This document shows positions 33,008-44,086 of a DNA stretch of 64,000 nucleotides, in pieces. The DNA comes from a bacterium (GTDB taxonomy: Bacteria > UBA8248): contig CBDBZY010000016.1 of assembly GCA_965213685.1 (NCBI GenBank), positions 416,001 to 480,000 of the forward strand, given 5' to 3'. The translations under genes were made by a program, and so were the position numbers. A model generated the notes under the pieces. It worked only from the letters and a program-made list of their open reading frames with translations. It was not told where the DNA came from and made no database searches. The stretch's first letter is position 1. Every line of letters starts with the position of its first letter.

Positions 33008-36000
33008 ATGAAGCTGAACTCACTGCACTCTCTTCCTCTGGTGCTGCTTGCCATCTGCATCTCTGTGGCTGCATATGGAGAACCACTACTGCTGGAGTCA
33101 TATGAGCACACAGTGTATGTGGACTGTAGCAACCCCAATGCCACTGATGATGCCACTTGTGGAAGCCACACCCACCCTTGTTGTACCTTCTCCTATGCTG
33201 TGAGTGAGCGAGTGCTGAACTCCACTCAGGTGGTGGTCAGCAGTGGAAACTACTCACTGAACTGCACAATCAGCTTGTCTGGGCTTACCAATATAGCCCT
33301 GATTGGTATTGTGAATGGGTCATCCCAACCTGTGGTGACAGTGACATGTGAATCTGGGGCAGGCCTCAGCTTTGTCCACTCCAGTGGCATCACTATCCAG
33401 AATGTGCACTTCTCTGGCTGTGGGGCTCTGCAGAACAGCACGAGCCGTAACTTCAGTGACCACAGCTTCTCCTTCATGCAGTTTCCTGTGGGCATGTACT
33501 TCCTGTTCTGTCAGCGCATCAACCTGACCGGAGTGAGTGTCACCAACAGCACAGGGACAGGAATGGCTGTGTATGCTACTGGTGGACTCAACTACATCCA
33601 CAACTGCAGTTTCCTCTATAACAGACCCCCCAACAACAACTGCAGTTTCCTAGAAAATACGCCATCAAGGTTTGGTGGGGGAGGTCTTTATATCGAGTTT
33701 CCCTACTGTTCACCCACAAATCAAACGAGTTGTACCACTATCCAGGATAGTGAGTATAACTCTAATGCATCCTACAATATATCCGAATCATTGTTCAGTG
33801 GGAACGTTGCACTAGAAACAGAGGCAAGCATTCATGAAAGCCAGTACAATTTTCTGCCCCCTGACCCCCACTATCACAACACTGCAGGGCATGGTGGTGG
33901 TATAGCACTGTACCTGTGCAGGGCAAATGATATTCATATCTCAGTCACTGAATGTAAGATAGAGCGTAACAAGGCCTACTTTGGTGGTGGTATTGTAGTA
34001 AGTTTTGAAGAGTACAGTGTGAACAATAGAGTAGAAGTGTTTGGTAGTACTTTCAGTGACAACCACTGTGTATACCGCAGTGCCTTTGGTGGTTCTGGTG
34101 GAGGGATGACAGTACTCTTCAAGTTCTCCTACCAAGCAAGCCACACACACAACAGTATGTCTGCGAACCACTCCCACTTTGCAAATAACACGGCATATTT
34201 TGGAGGGGGATCTGTCATCAAAGCATCTCCCGAGATGGAACAGACTGACCCCACAAACAGTGTGTACTTCAATGAGTGTGTCTGGACTGGGAATTACGGG
34301 ACAGTGGGAGCTGCTCTGTTAGCCTCAGCCTACAACATATCTGCCAAAAGAGGTGCCCTATTGAAACCTGTTTTTGAGAGCTGCACTTTTGAGAACAATA
34401 CTGGGGACATCCCTGGCATTGTCACAGCAGATTACCTTCCAATTGCATTCAGTACTAATGTTAAGTTTCTTAACAATGGAAATAGTTCTCAGGCTTCTTC
34501 CCCCCTCACTATTGACCAAACCCGTGTAGATTTCTTAGAGAACTGCCAGGCTACCTTCCATCACAACAAGGCAGCGTATGGTGGTGCCATATCACTTCAT
34601 GGGTATGCCTTCATAATAGTACACAGAAATACTTCTCTAAACTTCTCACGCAATTATGCACAGCGAGAAGGTGGAGCAATTTACCAGGATCCTACCAATA
34701 CCGGACTCCTAACCAGTGGAAACTGTTTTGTGCAGTATATAAATAGTTCTGTACATCCCAAAGACTGGGAAACCAACTTCATATTTGATTTTAATCGAGA
34801 AAATGTTCATACCTCTAACCCCGAGTGCAATGCAATGGTACTGGGTTCATTAATTCCATGCATTTGGAATGGCTACACATACAGTCGATCTCAGAATGAG
34901 ATGGTCTTGAGCAAAGTGTTCTGCAGTGATCGCAACAACTGGACATTTCGATCAAACTCTACTAATTGTAGCTGTAGCAATCAGACACGAACCTTACCAA
35001 ACAGAATGACAAATAAATCATTGAATGTGATCCCAGGGCTTCGCAGTCCTCTCAACATAACACTGCTTGATGACTACAGCAAAAATGTGACAAAATATGC
35101 AGTCCTCAATGTGTGGCCTGCCACTAACAGTGCCATAAGCTTACCTCCAAACGCCTTGTATGTAACTGATGACTCTCTAGTAATGTATGGTGAAAGCATG
35201 CATAATGGAACATTGGATGTTGACACTCTGCCTCCTCGCCATCTCTTTGCCTCTGTTCCTGTTCATTTCCAGCAGTGCCCACCTGGCTTTGTGCAGACCA
35301 ATACTACTGATGGACACAAAACCTGTAGCTGTGAAAGAGGAGGTTTTGAAGGCAGTGTGCAGTGTGATGGCAGTGGCAATGCCAACCTAAGACGAGGCAT
35401 GTGGATAGGCAAGGTGAGAAGCTCTGATGACTACGTAGTTGGGCAGAGCCCTCACATCAGGTCTGGTGCTTACTCAAGTGTAGTCCTTCCTCAGAACAAT
35501 GTATCTGCACTAGATGACCTGTTATGTGGGCAGCTGAACCGTGAGGGAACCCTGTGTGGTCGTTGCAAAAAAGGGTACGGTTTTGCAGTTAGTACATACA
35601 TCTGCCACCATAAATGTGTTCACTGTAAAGGCAATTCTCCTAAATACGGCTGGACATATGTAGCATTCGAACTCATACTTATCACAGGGTTTTTTCTTAT
35701 TGTAATGACATTCAACATAAGCGCCACTTCTGGTGCTATGAATGCCTTTGTGTTCTTTGCTCAGGTAATGGCAGGGAGCTTCTCTATTAATGCCTCTGGT
35801 GATATTCCACTTGAGACAATCACCCATCGTTCTGACAGCTTGGTAGAAATATATGCTTCGCTCTATGGTATTTGGCGTCTAGACTTTATCTTCCCCAACC
35901 TTTGTTTGTCTCCACATCTCACAGCACAAAACGCATATCTCTTGCTCTACTTCAAAGCAATCTATCCAGTCTTTTTAATTTTGGTTTTCCTTGCTGTGGT

Positions 36001-37087
36001 GTGGCTCCATGACCACGGAGTTCAGCCGTTCTACAGCTGTGGTAAGTGGGTCAGCAGGCAGCTGCGCAGGCTACGAAAACCATGGACAGTTCAGAAAACA
36101 GTGATACATGCACTAGCAACCTTCCTTGTGCTCTCCTTCACCAAATTCACAGAACTGTCATTCTTCATCCTAGCTCCAGCACGACTTATTCACCATGATG
36201 GCTCTATAGTCACCTGGGTACCACGATACTATGGAGAGCTCAAGTATCTTAGTGCTGTTCACATCCCATACTTTCTTGTTGCCACACTTTTCCTCATACT
36301 CTTTGTAATACTTCCAACTCTACTTCTTCTCTTGCTTCCTGCTAGGACGAAGTGGGGCAAGCTGTTCTTTAACAAGGCTTTCAAAATTCTTCATATTAAT
36401 CCAGATGGACGCTTGCACATTTTCTTGCAAACCTTCCAGGGGAGTTTCAAGGACGGTTCAGGCTCAAAGGGTGAAATAAATTGCCAAATATTTGCTGGCA
36501 TTTATTTGCTACTCCGATTTGTCATCTTCATGCTTGCATCACTGCTCCCATCAAGAGACTATCTTATCTACCAACAGTTTGTATGCAGCATAGCCATATT
36601 GCTCTTTGCTATCTTCAGGCCTTACCGCGAGAACCGCTACAACATCTTAGATATCAGTGCATTCACACTCCTCGGTACAATCAACCTACTCACCATATTC
36701 AACAGCCTCCTTGTGGCAGTGGATGTGGAGTTGTCTCCTGTGCTCTTCACTGTCCAGTATGTACTTGTCTTTGTGCCACTTATCATCATGATCATCTGGT
36801 TCTCGTACACTATCATCAAACACTGTTGTGGCAAACATATCAAACTGAAGAGTTTCCAATCGACTGACACACCCTCCACAATTGATTCTGCTTTCTTAGA
36901 TTTCAGGAGAGATGCAAGTCTACGAGAAGGAGAGAGCAGACACAGGAATCGCTGCATCAGTGCCAGGAAGAAGACACTTGAGTCCTATAATGTTGTGCAT
37001 GACTCAGCTGGAGGAGAGGAAGAGTGTAATGATGAGTCATCGCCACTGATTGCTAGTGGACCAACATATGGTGCTAATCAGCACTAG
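33008..37087 (+). CDS. Receptor-like protein A: signal peptide, Pmp-like beta-helix, Cys-rich stalk, multi-TM domain, tail type alpha
   Basis: Uninterrupted 1359-aa ORF; repeated GGG/GGAI and FxxN motifs; CPPGF and NREGTLCGRC; ~9 hydrophobic segments with an RPY..N motif. Confidence 0.9.
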   Translation: MKLNSLHSLPLVLLAICISVAAYGEPLLLESYEHTVYVDCSNPNATDDATCGSHTHPCCTFSYAVSERVLNSTQVVVSSGNYSLNCTISLSGLTNIALIGIVNGSSQPVVTVTCESGAGLSFVHSSGITIQNVHFSGCGALQNSTSRNFSDHSFSFMQFPVGMYFLFCQRINLTGVSVTNSTGTGMAVYATGGLNYIHNCSFLYNRPPNNNCSFLENTPSRFGGGGLYIEFPYCSPTNQTSCTTIQDSEYNSNASYNISESLFSGNVALETEASIHESQYNFLPPDPHYHNTAGHGGGIALYLCRANDIHISVTECKIERNKAYFGGGIVVSFEEYSVNNRVEVFGSTFSDNHCVYRSAFGGSGGGMTVLFKFSYQASHTHNSMSANHSHFANNTAYFGGGSVIKASPEMEQTDPTNSVYFNECVWTGNYGTVGAALLASAYNISAKRGALLKPVFESCTFENNTGDIPGIVTADYLPIAFSTNVKFLNNGNSSQASSPLTIDQTRVDFLENCQATFHHNKAAYGGAISLHGYAFIIVHRNTSLNFSRNYAQREGGAIYQDPTNTGLLTSGNCFVQYINSSVHPKDWETNFIFDFNRENVHTSNPECNAMVLGSLIPCIWNGYTYSRSQNEMVLSKVFCSDRNNWTFRSNSTNCSCSNQTRTLPNRMTNKSLNVIPGLRSPLNITLLDDYSKNVTKYAVLNVWPATNSAISLPPNALYVTDDSLVMYGESMHNGTLDVDTLPPRHLFASVPVHFQQCPPGFVQTNTTDGHKTCSCERGGFEGSVQCDGSGNANLRRGMWIGKVRSSDDYVVGQSPHIRSGAYSSVVLPQNNVSALDDLLCGQLNREGTLCGRCKKGYGFAVSTYICHHKCVHCKGNSPKYGWTYVAFELILITGFFLIVMTFNISATSGAMNAFVFFAQVMAGSFSINASGDIPLETITHRSDSLVEIYASLYGIWRLDFIFPNLCLSPHLTAQNAYLLLYFKAIYPVFLILVFLAVVWLHDHGVQPFYSCGKWVSRQLRRLRKPWTVQKTVIHALATFLVLSFTKFTELSFFILAPARLIHHDGSIVTWVPRYYGELKYLSAVHIPYFLVATLFLILFVILPTLLLLLLPARTKWGKLFFNKAFKILHINPDGRLHIFLQTFQGSFKDGSGSKGEINCQIFAGIYLLLRFVIFMLASLLPSRDYLIYQQFVCSIAILLFAIFRPYRENRYNILDISAFTLLGTINLLTIFNSLLVAVDVELSPVLFTVQYVLVFVPLIIMIIWFSYTIIKHCCGKHIKLKSFQSTDTPSTIDSAFLDFRRDASLREGESRHRNRCISARKKTLESYNVVHDSAGGEEECNDESSPLIASGPTYGANQH

Positions 37088-37399
37088 TACCTCAACTCTA
37101 CCTCCTGTTATTCTTGCATTGTCCTTTCTAGTATTGTTGCTTTTGTATTGTAGCATTAAGTGTATGTATTAATGTAGAATACATTCCTGTGTTTTTCCTA
37201 TGGGATATCAATGTTGTGCATAATTTACCCCCTTTGTTTAGCCTATACTGAGTGATGAGATTCTGCACTAATAGTTCACAGTTTGTTGAACTTACTGTAT
37301 GCATTACCTGCAAAATTTTGATGATACAAATACACTGCAGAAGAGCTCGAGTGTATTGTGTACATATTGCACGCAAAGTCTATATAGTAACAGCTACTC

Positions 37400-38800
37400 C
37401 CATATAATACAGCTATTTTGGGCTATGCTATGATAAGGAAGTGTTGTGATTGTGTAGCACATGGAAGGGAACCGTGGGCACTGCTACACAGGTACAACTC
37501 ACATAACAACGGTCTCTGAAAGGAACAGCTCTGTTACAATACCGTATGGCGCTTAGGTCTTTATCTTTGCGAATTTCGCGAACCTTGGAGGCATTCGCGA
37601 AATTTTGAGACTCCGCCCACCAAAAATCCGATCTCGCAAGCATTCTGAAGCCACGCCTTTAGCTAGCGTTAAGCGAGTTGCAAGCTGCTAGATGCAAATA
37701 TCTGATGAACACGGTATTGTAATCACGCACCGTTGCTGTAACCTCGGGAGCTGGCACGTCTGACAGCTTGCACTAAAGTTAGTATGTTCCGCCCACACTA
37801 TCGTGCCTGGGCGCGTAGCATCTAGCGCCTACGAGCGTGGGTGTGCTGAGCGAAATTAAAATGTCCAAAACAGCTTTTCGCGAAATTTTAGACCCACGAA
37901 ATACAAAGCGCCATACGGTATACGCTTCACTCTATGGTAGACTATTTGGTGTCTAGACTTCAGCATTTGTTTGCATCCACTACTCACAGCGCAAAACGCA
38001 TATCTTTTGCTCGTTCACCAAATTCACGGAAGTTTCTTTTATCATCTTAGCTCCAACATCGCTAATTCACAATGATGGTTCTATAGTCACCTGGGTACCA
38101 TGGTATTCGCTGGCATTTATATGCTCCTCTGATTTGTCATCTTCATGCTTGCATCACTGCTCCCATCAAGAGACAATCTTATCTACCAACAGTTTGTATG
38201 CAGCGTAGCCATAATTATTTCTTTGCTATCTTCAGGCCTTACCGCGAGAAATGTTAAAACATCTTAGATATCAGTGCATTCACACTCCTCGGTACAATCA
38301 ACCTACTCACCATATTCAGCAGCCTCCTTGTGACAGTGGTGGGTGTGGAGTTATCACCCATACCTATACTCTTCACTGTCCAGTATATGTACTTGTGTTT
38401 GTGCCACTTATCATCATGATCATCTGGGTCTCGTACACTATCATCAAACACTGTCTGTCTCGATGTATGGGTTCCAATGCATCTGAGAGGTCACCACTGG
38501 TGCCCTTCCCTAAAGACACAGATGATGAGACATCTGAAGCCCCTCCGTTGTTGTCTGCTGATGAGGAATACTGACTCTTTGTGAAGCAACACTAAACCAG
38601 TCCTATGGACAGTCAACCAGCTGAACATATGGAACCAATAGCAGTGACAGTTAAGCTGTTACTAGACTGTGTGTGCAATATGTGCACAATACACTCTTCT
38701 GCAGGTATATTTTTTCTGTTTTTGTTAGTGCGTATATAATTTTGCAGATAATGCGTACAGAAGTTCAACGAATCTCATCACTCAGTATAGGCTAACAAAG
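37400..38800 (+). pseudogene. Chimeric, internally deleted receptor pseudogene (B-type leader, A-type TM pieces, tail beta)
   Basis: 37405-37535 matches the 5' leader of the minus-strand genes; 37925-38452 matches gene A ~35855-36825 with deletions and frameshifts; 38453-38655 encodes CLSRCMGSNASERSPLVPFPKDTDDETSEAPP as in genes C-E. Confidence 0.85.
37542..37918. mobile_element. Tc1/mariner(pogo)-type MITE
   Basis: TA-ccgtatggcgctt ... aagcgccatacgg-TA. Confidence 0.85.
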
Positions 38801-39064
38801 GGGATATATATATATCAGAGAGTCGGTAGACTCTCTATGTAGGGATGGCGCCGACACGCCCATAGTGCGTGTACATAGGAAAGCCTTCTTAACTGGCGAA
38901 CGCTCGCGTTCTAAGCCTTTCTGGGCCCCTAGCTATTCTATTCCAGTGATTCTCTACCCAACAATACCCCCCAAGTAGCTAAAATGCATCCCTTGACATA
39001 CTACCAGAAAACTCTCCGAAGGTCGTTTTGTCTTTCTTCCTATTCTTCTTCTTCTTCTTCTTAA

Positions 39065-39638
39065 GGCAGGACGACCCTAAGACATGATTTTGCCTGATTT
39101 ATGTTTTATTGTATTCTCCTAATGATGCCTGTTAGCGAAATAACGTAGTTTTGCGTGATATGTCGGTTCATAGAATTATAAAACTTACGCAATATGCATA
39201 TCGCTTATTATAGAAAAAAAATTTGCCAATAACGGCTAATGCTGCAGAGACGAAACTTCGGTGGATGATTACTAAGCATGTTGGCTATCTAAGTTTGCTT
39301 TAAAAATCCGTGCTAAATCTTTCTTTCTAGACATATAATCGTTTTCTTCGTGCTGCAGAATTTAGAAAAACGGTAGCAAATTCTGCCGTAAAGTAGCAAG
39401 CCAAGCCTCGAGCAACCCATTGCGCATAAACTAGTTCACTCCCCTTTGGCGAGCATCCACCTCTTCACCGGTTGGCGCCACACAGCGCCGCACGTCCAAC
39501 GGTAGCGGGAAATATGAATTCTTTCCCAGCGAATTTGCAACCGCGCCAAAGAATTGCTGTCGTTTTAGCGTTGGTAAATGTAGGGGGAAAGCGACGGTAG
39601 AGTAATTGACGAAGAACGCAATCATGACTCGTCCTCCC
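39065..39638. mobile_element. TTAA-targeting MITE (Kolobok/piggyBac-type)
   Basis: TTAA-ggcaggacga ... tcgtcctccc-TTAA; single TTAA at the empty site near 16477. Confidence 0.8.
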
Positions 39639-39727
39639 TTAAGAGATTTCTTTAGACTAACGTATCTCAAAACTGGCTGAAGTAATCACCGTAGTTCTTC
39701 AACGGATCCACTGTAATCACTACCAAG

Positions 39728-42136
39728 TTTTTTTTTTTTTTTTTTTTTACTGGAGAAAGGACAAATAACAAATGCAAGGATGAGGCGAATACCATACAGA
39801 GCAAATAAAGCCATTCAAAACAAACAAAAAAAATAAGTATACAGTATATGAAACTAAACTGTTCACGCATGACACACAAAGGTTTACAAATGGCAGGAAA
39901 GACCTGCCTCAGAAGTAACAAGGTCAATAAGAGGAACCGGCTGCCTCATCGCGTGGCCAACAGTAGAACGAGCACCTCTAATACACCGGATGGATGATCG
40001 TAGGAGGGAAAAAGAGAGAGCACATCTGATCCAGGCAATAGTGGAGCTGTAGGGCTGGTCATGTTTGGAGGAGAGCATGGAGGCAAGCCTCTTGTAACAG
40101 ACAGTGGCAACTTTTCCCAAACCTCCAGTGAGTGACAGGACGAGTGGAGTGAATGAGCTGTGCTCAATTTCACGGACCCTCTGTTCATAGGCACGTTTTT
40201 TTATGTTCTCATGCTTTCTGTAGCAAGTAGCAAGAGGTTGCCTGTTTGAGGGAGCATATGGGTTAAAAACCCTTACATCAAAGAAAGCTCTCTCATACTG
40301 GCCTCCCCAAAAGCCACTGGCAGCCACATCCAATCTGGCACCGTCCTCAGTGATGGCAGAGGAACTGGCGAAAGTTTCCCCAGTGAGTGGCTGAAGGGAA
40401 GGTTCTATTGAGACGTCATGGCAGACTTCTGACAGTAGGTTAGCAGTGAGGTCTCGGATCTCATTGTGTCTTAAGGTAGGGAAGCCACCTTTCTGACAGG
40501 AGAGGACATGCTCCAGGGAGAAGTTGACACCACAGGCACAGATTGCAGGGGTATTCAGTGGTTGCCAGCCATACCGGATGGCAATGGCATCTCTGAAAGC
40601 TCCCTTGTGGAGAGTGAATCCAAATTCTTCCAAAGGGAGGGCCGTGAGCCAGCTAGAGGCTCCTTTTTCCTGGGCAAGGTCTATTGCACGTTGTGTAGAA
40701 GTATCGACAGTAGCTCTGAGAGTTGCTGCGGTAGCCTTTGTTCTCTCACGATTTTGCTTGTGAACTTCTATCTTGGCTGTCAGTTGTGCCTCAATGCACT
40801 CAAGGGGGTATTCAGAACATTGTTGTAATATGAGGTCTTTCAGTGGTGCAGCTATCTTAGTGGATGAAAGATATTCGTGGGTCAAGAGAAGTGTGGGATT
40901 AGTAATGCCAAGGCCACCCAGTCTCACAGGCAGAGAAAATAACTCACGATCAGTGTCATTGGAAGGAGCTCTACCAGTTAGAACAGGGATGAAATGGAAT
41001 CTAATGTATTCTTCCAGGGGCTGCAGCAGCAACTCAATGTTGGGGGTAGTTCTACACAGATATGAGAATTTGTGCACATAGCCATGTGTGTAGGCTGCAA
41101 AAGCCACATGTGGCTGAACTCTGGCAACATCAACTAGTTGTGTTAGCTCTTTCTTCCACTGCTGAACTTTTTCAATGACAAAACTGTTGGTAAACTCATC
41201 TGAACCTATAGCAGACCCAAGATATGCTCTGCCATCTGAAGTGATATTAACCTGCGTATCCTGAAAAATATTTCTAGCATTTTCAAGGTGTGTGTCCTTC
41301 GTCACAAGCCAGGTTTTCTTGGCATTCCCAAAGTAACTAAAGGCAGGTCCAGCGGAAGTGAGGTTATCCCACCAAACACGTAGGGATGTCAGTGATCCTG
41401 AAGCGGCAGCATCATCTGCATACCAGACCTGCATATTACTGGATGTACTGCTCAAATACTTGATAAGTGGAATGGTTGCCAGGGCGTACATGGGCATTGC
41501 CAGAGGGTCTCCCTGGGTAGTGCCCTCCTCTGAGAGCAGGGTGTGCCCATCCACATAGAGATCAGAAGAATCACGGTAGATGTTGATGAGGATGGTCGCT
41601 AAGGCAGGACAAAGATATCTGATGTTGTGCAAGGCAGATTCACGGTTGAGGGCATTGAATGCGTTGGTTGCATCAACAAGCAGAACAGCTTCTGTTTCCT
41701 CCTGTTGAAAGAAGGCTCTCAAAGCATGAATGGCAGCTTCTGTTCCAGCTGTTTGCCCAGCACATAGCTGTAGTGGCCCTACTGCCTCTTGTAGATCTGC
41801 TCTGGTGATAAGGAGGACTGCTTTGGAAACGATTCGTCTTGCAGTCTCACAAATGCCAATTGGCCTCACCCCAGGGCACTTGTCCAATGCAATGAGACGA
41901 CAAGCAAGAAACGCAGCCAGGCCCTTCGGGTCTACAAAAGTGGAGCATATCCTTCTAGCCAGCAGGGCAAGGGAGAGACATAGGTCCTGTGAGGCAGACT
42001 TAAAGGAGGTGCAAAGCCTCCTCCAGCAATGTGCATCAATCCCAGAGGGACCGGCTGCACCTCTGGTGCGAAGGGCCGCAGAGCGAATTGCAGTAGCATC
42101 GATCTGATCAAACACTACTGGGTGAAGTAGGGGTGC
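39728..42136 (-). mobile_element. 5'-truncated non-LTR retrotransposon with RT and restriction-like endonuclease (CRE-like)
   Basis: RPIG, DATNAFN, QGDPL and YADD RT motifs; CACG..HVLSC, RHNEIRD and RLDV..FFDVRV RLE motifs; 21-nt poly(A) at 39728-39748; TSD atcactaccaag at 39716-39727 and 42137-42148. Confidence 0.95.
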
Positions 42137-42271
42137 ATCACTACCAAGTACGATCTGTGCTAATAAAACTCTTAGTACGTTCCCAAATGGGCAGAAACTA
42201 GAAGTCCCCGACAACTTCCCATATTTGGGAAACCATTTTGTAATAGTTACTGTCACGTGGCGCAAACGGTA

Positions 42272-42833
42272 AGGTAGGGGCGGGGGTTTCTGGAAGGGGT
42301 GGGGTTCCCGGACACTGCCACTGAGTTTCTCTGAACGAATAAGCTTTCGGTCACCGTTCTTGGTACAAACATAAGAGTGTTCACTTAGCTCTGGCCCAGT
42401 GCTGTCTCCCTTGACCGTCTTTCAGAGATGCACGGAGAAAATCACGGCATGGATATTATAGACTACGTAATCTACGTAGCTTTTCCGTGTTATCTCTGAA
42501 AAAACGATCGAGGGAGACGGCACTGCACCATTGCAGAAGAGCTAAGTGAACGCCCTTATCTTTGCGCGTAGTCTATAGTATCTAGGGTTGTGGACTTTCA
42601 AAAGCGAGAGTGTCCGGGAACCCCCGCTGTTTTGATTTTTGGGAAATCTAGAACAACGGCCCAACAACGCTGAGCTGAAGTTCTAGATTTGCTTCAAACT
42701 TGGACCGTAAGTAGCCCACTCATACACGAGCTTATAAATAGCAGTAGCACTACTGGCTTCAAAGTACACTTGAAATATAGGGCTTAATACGGAAGCCACT
42801 ACAAAGTTTGTCCGGGAACCCCCGCCCCTCCCT
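42272..42833. mobile_element. MITE with G-rich TIRs, TA/TAA TSD
   Basis: aggtaggggcgggggtttc / gaacccccgcccctccct; empty site cggtaagcac in copy 1 (~16265). Confidence 0.8.
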
Positions 42834-43599
42834 TAAGCACGTGAGGGCGGGCCTCGCGAAGCCACGCCTATTAATTATAGGTTCGCGAGACGTAGCAAAG
42901 GCTGCTTCATATCTGATGGCGCGTTCGAGCAGCGTCTTACTTCACTATACTATTATGTAGCGGGGATGAGTTGGCCAGTTAGATACAGTGAGGTACATAT
43001 GTAGCTACTCTAGCTCAAGAATTTTTAGAGGGGCTCAGCCCCCAACTTCAGAAATGATGGTGTTCAAGCCCCTCCCTACCCGCCTTAGCAATGGCTGTTA
43101 TGACCACTGATTTGTTTGCTGGACTCTGAAAGAAGCTTCAGTGGCAAGAACAATACTTTTTAATGGTACCCTTGTGCAAAAAAAGGGATGCAAACAAGTA
43201 TGAAAAACATTTTCAAAAAATGTATAGGGATGTAGAGATGGCCGTGCCAAAAACTACAGAAACTAGATGTAGGGATGGCAGTGTGGAGACAAGACATGTT
43301 ATACAAAGACTACACAACTAACCCCATCCCTACATCTTTTTTTTTTGGCTCAAAAATTGCTCTTCCCAGTAATCTTGTAGCATAACTCGCAGAATGATTT
43401 CAGATAATTATAAAAAAAGATGTAGGAATGGGGTTAGTTGTGTAGTCTTTGTATAACATGTCTTCCCTGCATACTGCCATCCCTACATCTAGTTTCTGTA
43501 GTTTTTGGCACGGCCATCCCTACATCCCTATACATTTTATGAAAATGTTTTTCACACTTGTATATATATAATACAACATTGATATATATCCCAAAAATG

Positions 43600-43980
43600 T
43601 ATCCTAAATACAATACTAGGAAGGACAATTCAAGAATAACAGGAGGTAGAGTTGAGGTACTAGGGCTGATTAGCATCGTATGTTGGTCCACTAGCAATCA
43701 GTGGTGATGACTCATTATTACACTCTTACACACCACCAACACCAAACCAGTCCTATGGACAGTCAACCAGCTGAACATTATGGCAGTTACTATATAGACT
43801 GTGTGTGCAATATGTACATAATACACTCTTCTGTAGGTTTACCTTTATTCTAATGTATTGTATTTTGTTAGTGAATATCAAAATTTTGACCATGAATGTA
43901 TACAGTACGTTCAACAAACTGTGATATTGGTACAGAATCTCATCACTCAGTATAGGCTAATTATAAACAAAGGGGTATAC
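43600..43980. pseudogene. Fused fragments of receptor 3' ends (alpha on -, beta on +)
   Basis: 43640-43725 matches the reverse complement of 37023-37110; 43729-43980 matches tail beta (acaccaccaacaccaaaccagtcctatggacag) and its 3' UTR. Confidence 0.75.
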
Positions 43981-44086
43981 ACACAAGATTAATATCCCAT
44001 ATGAAAAACAGAAGAATGCATGCTAAATACAAAGCAACAATACTAGAAAGGACAATGCCAGAATAACAGGAGGCAGAGTTGATGTG

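Larger units (their letters stand above)
38815..43562 (+). mobile_element. Composite repeat 'X', copy 2, carrying three nested insertions
   Basis: Colinear with the reverse complement of 15555-16722; (TA)n on both sides. Confidence 0.85.

Noticed and set aside
42137-42265. N-terminus of the 793-aa RT ORF as genuine protein
   Set aside because: Lies outside the TSD, in host repeat X.
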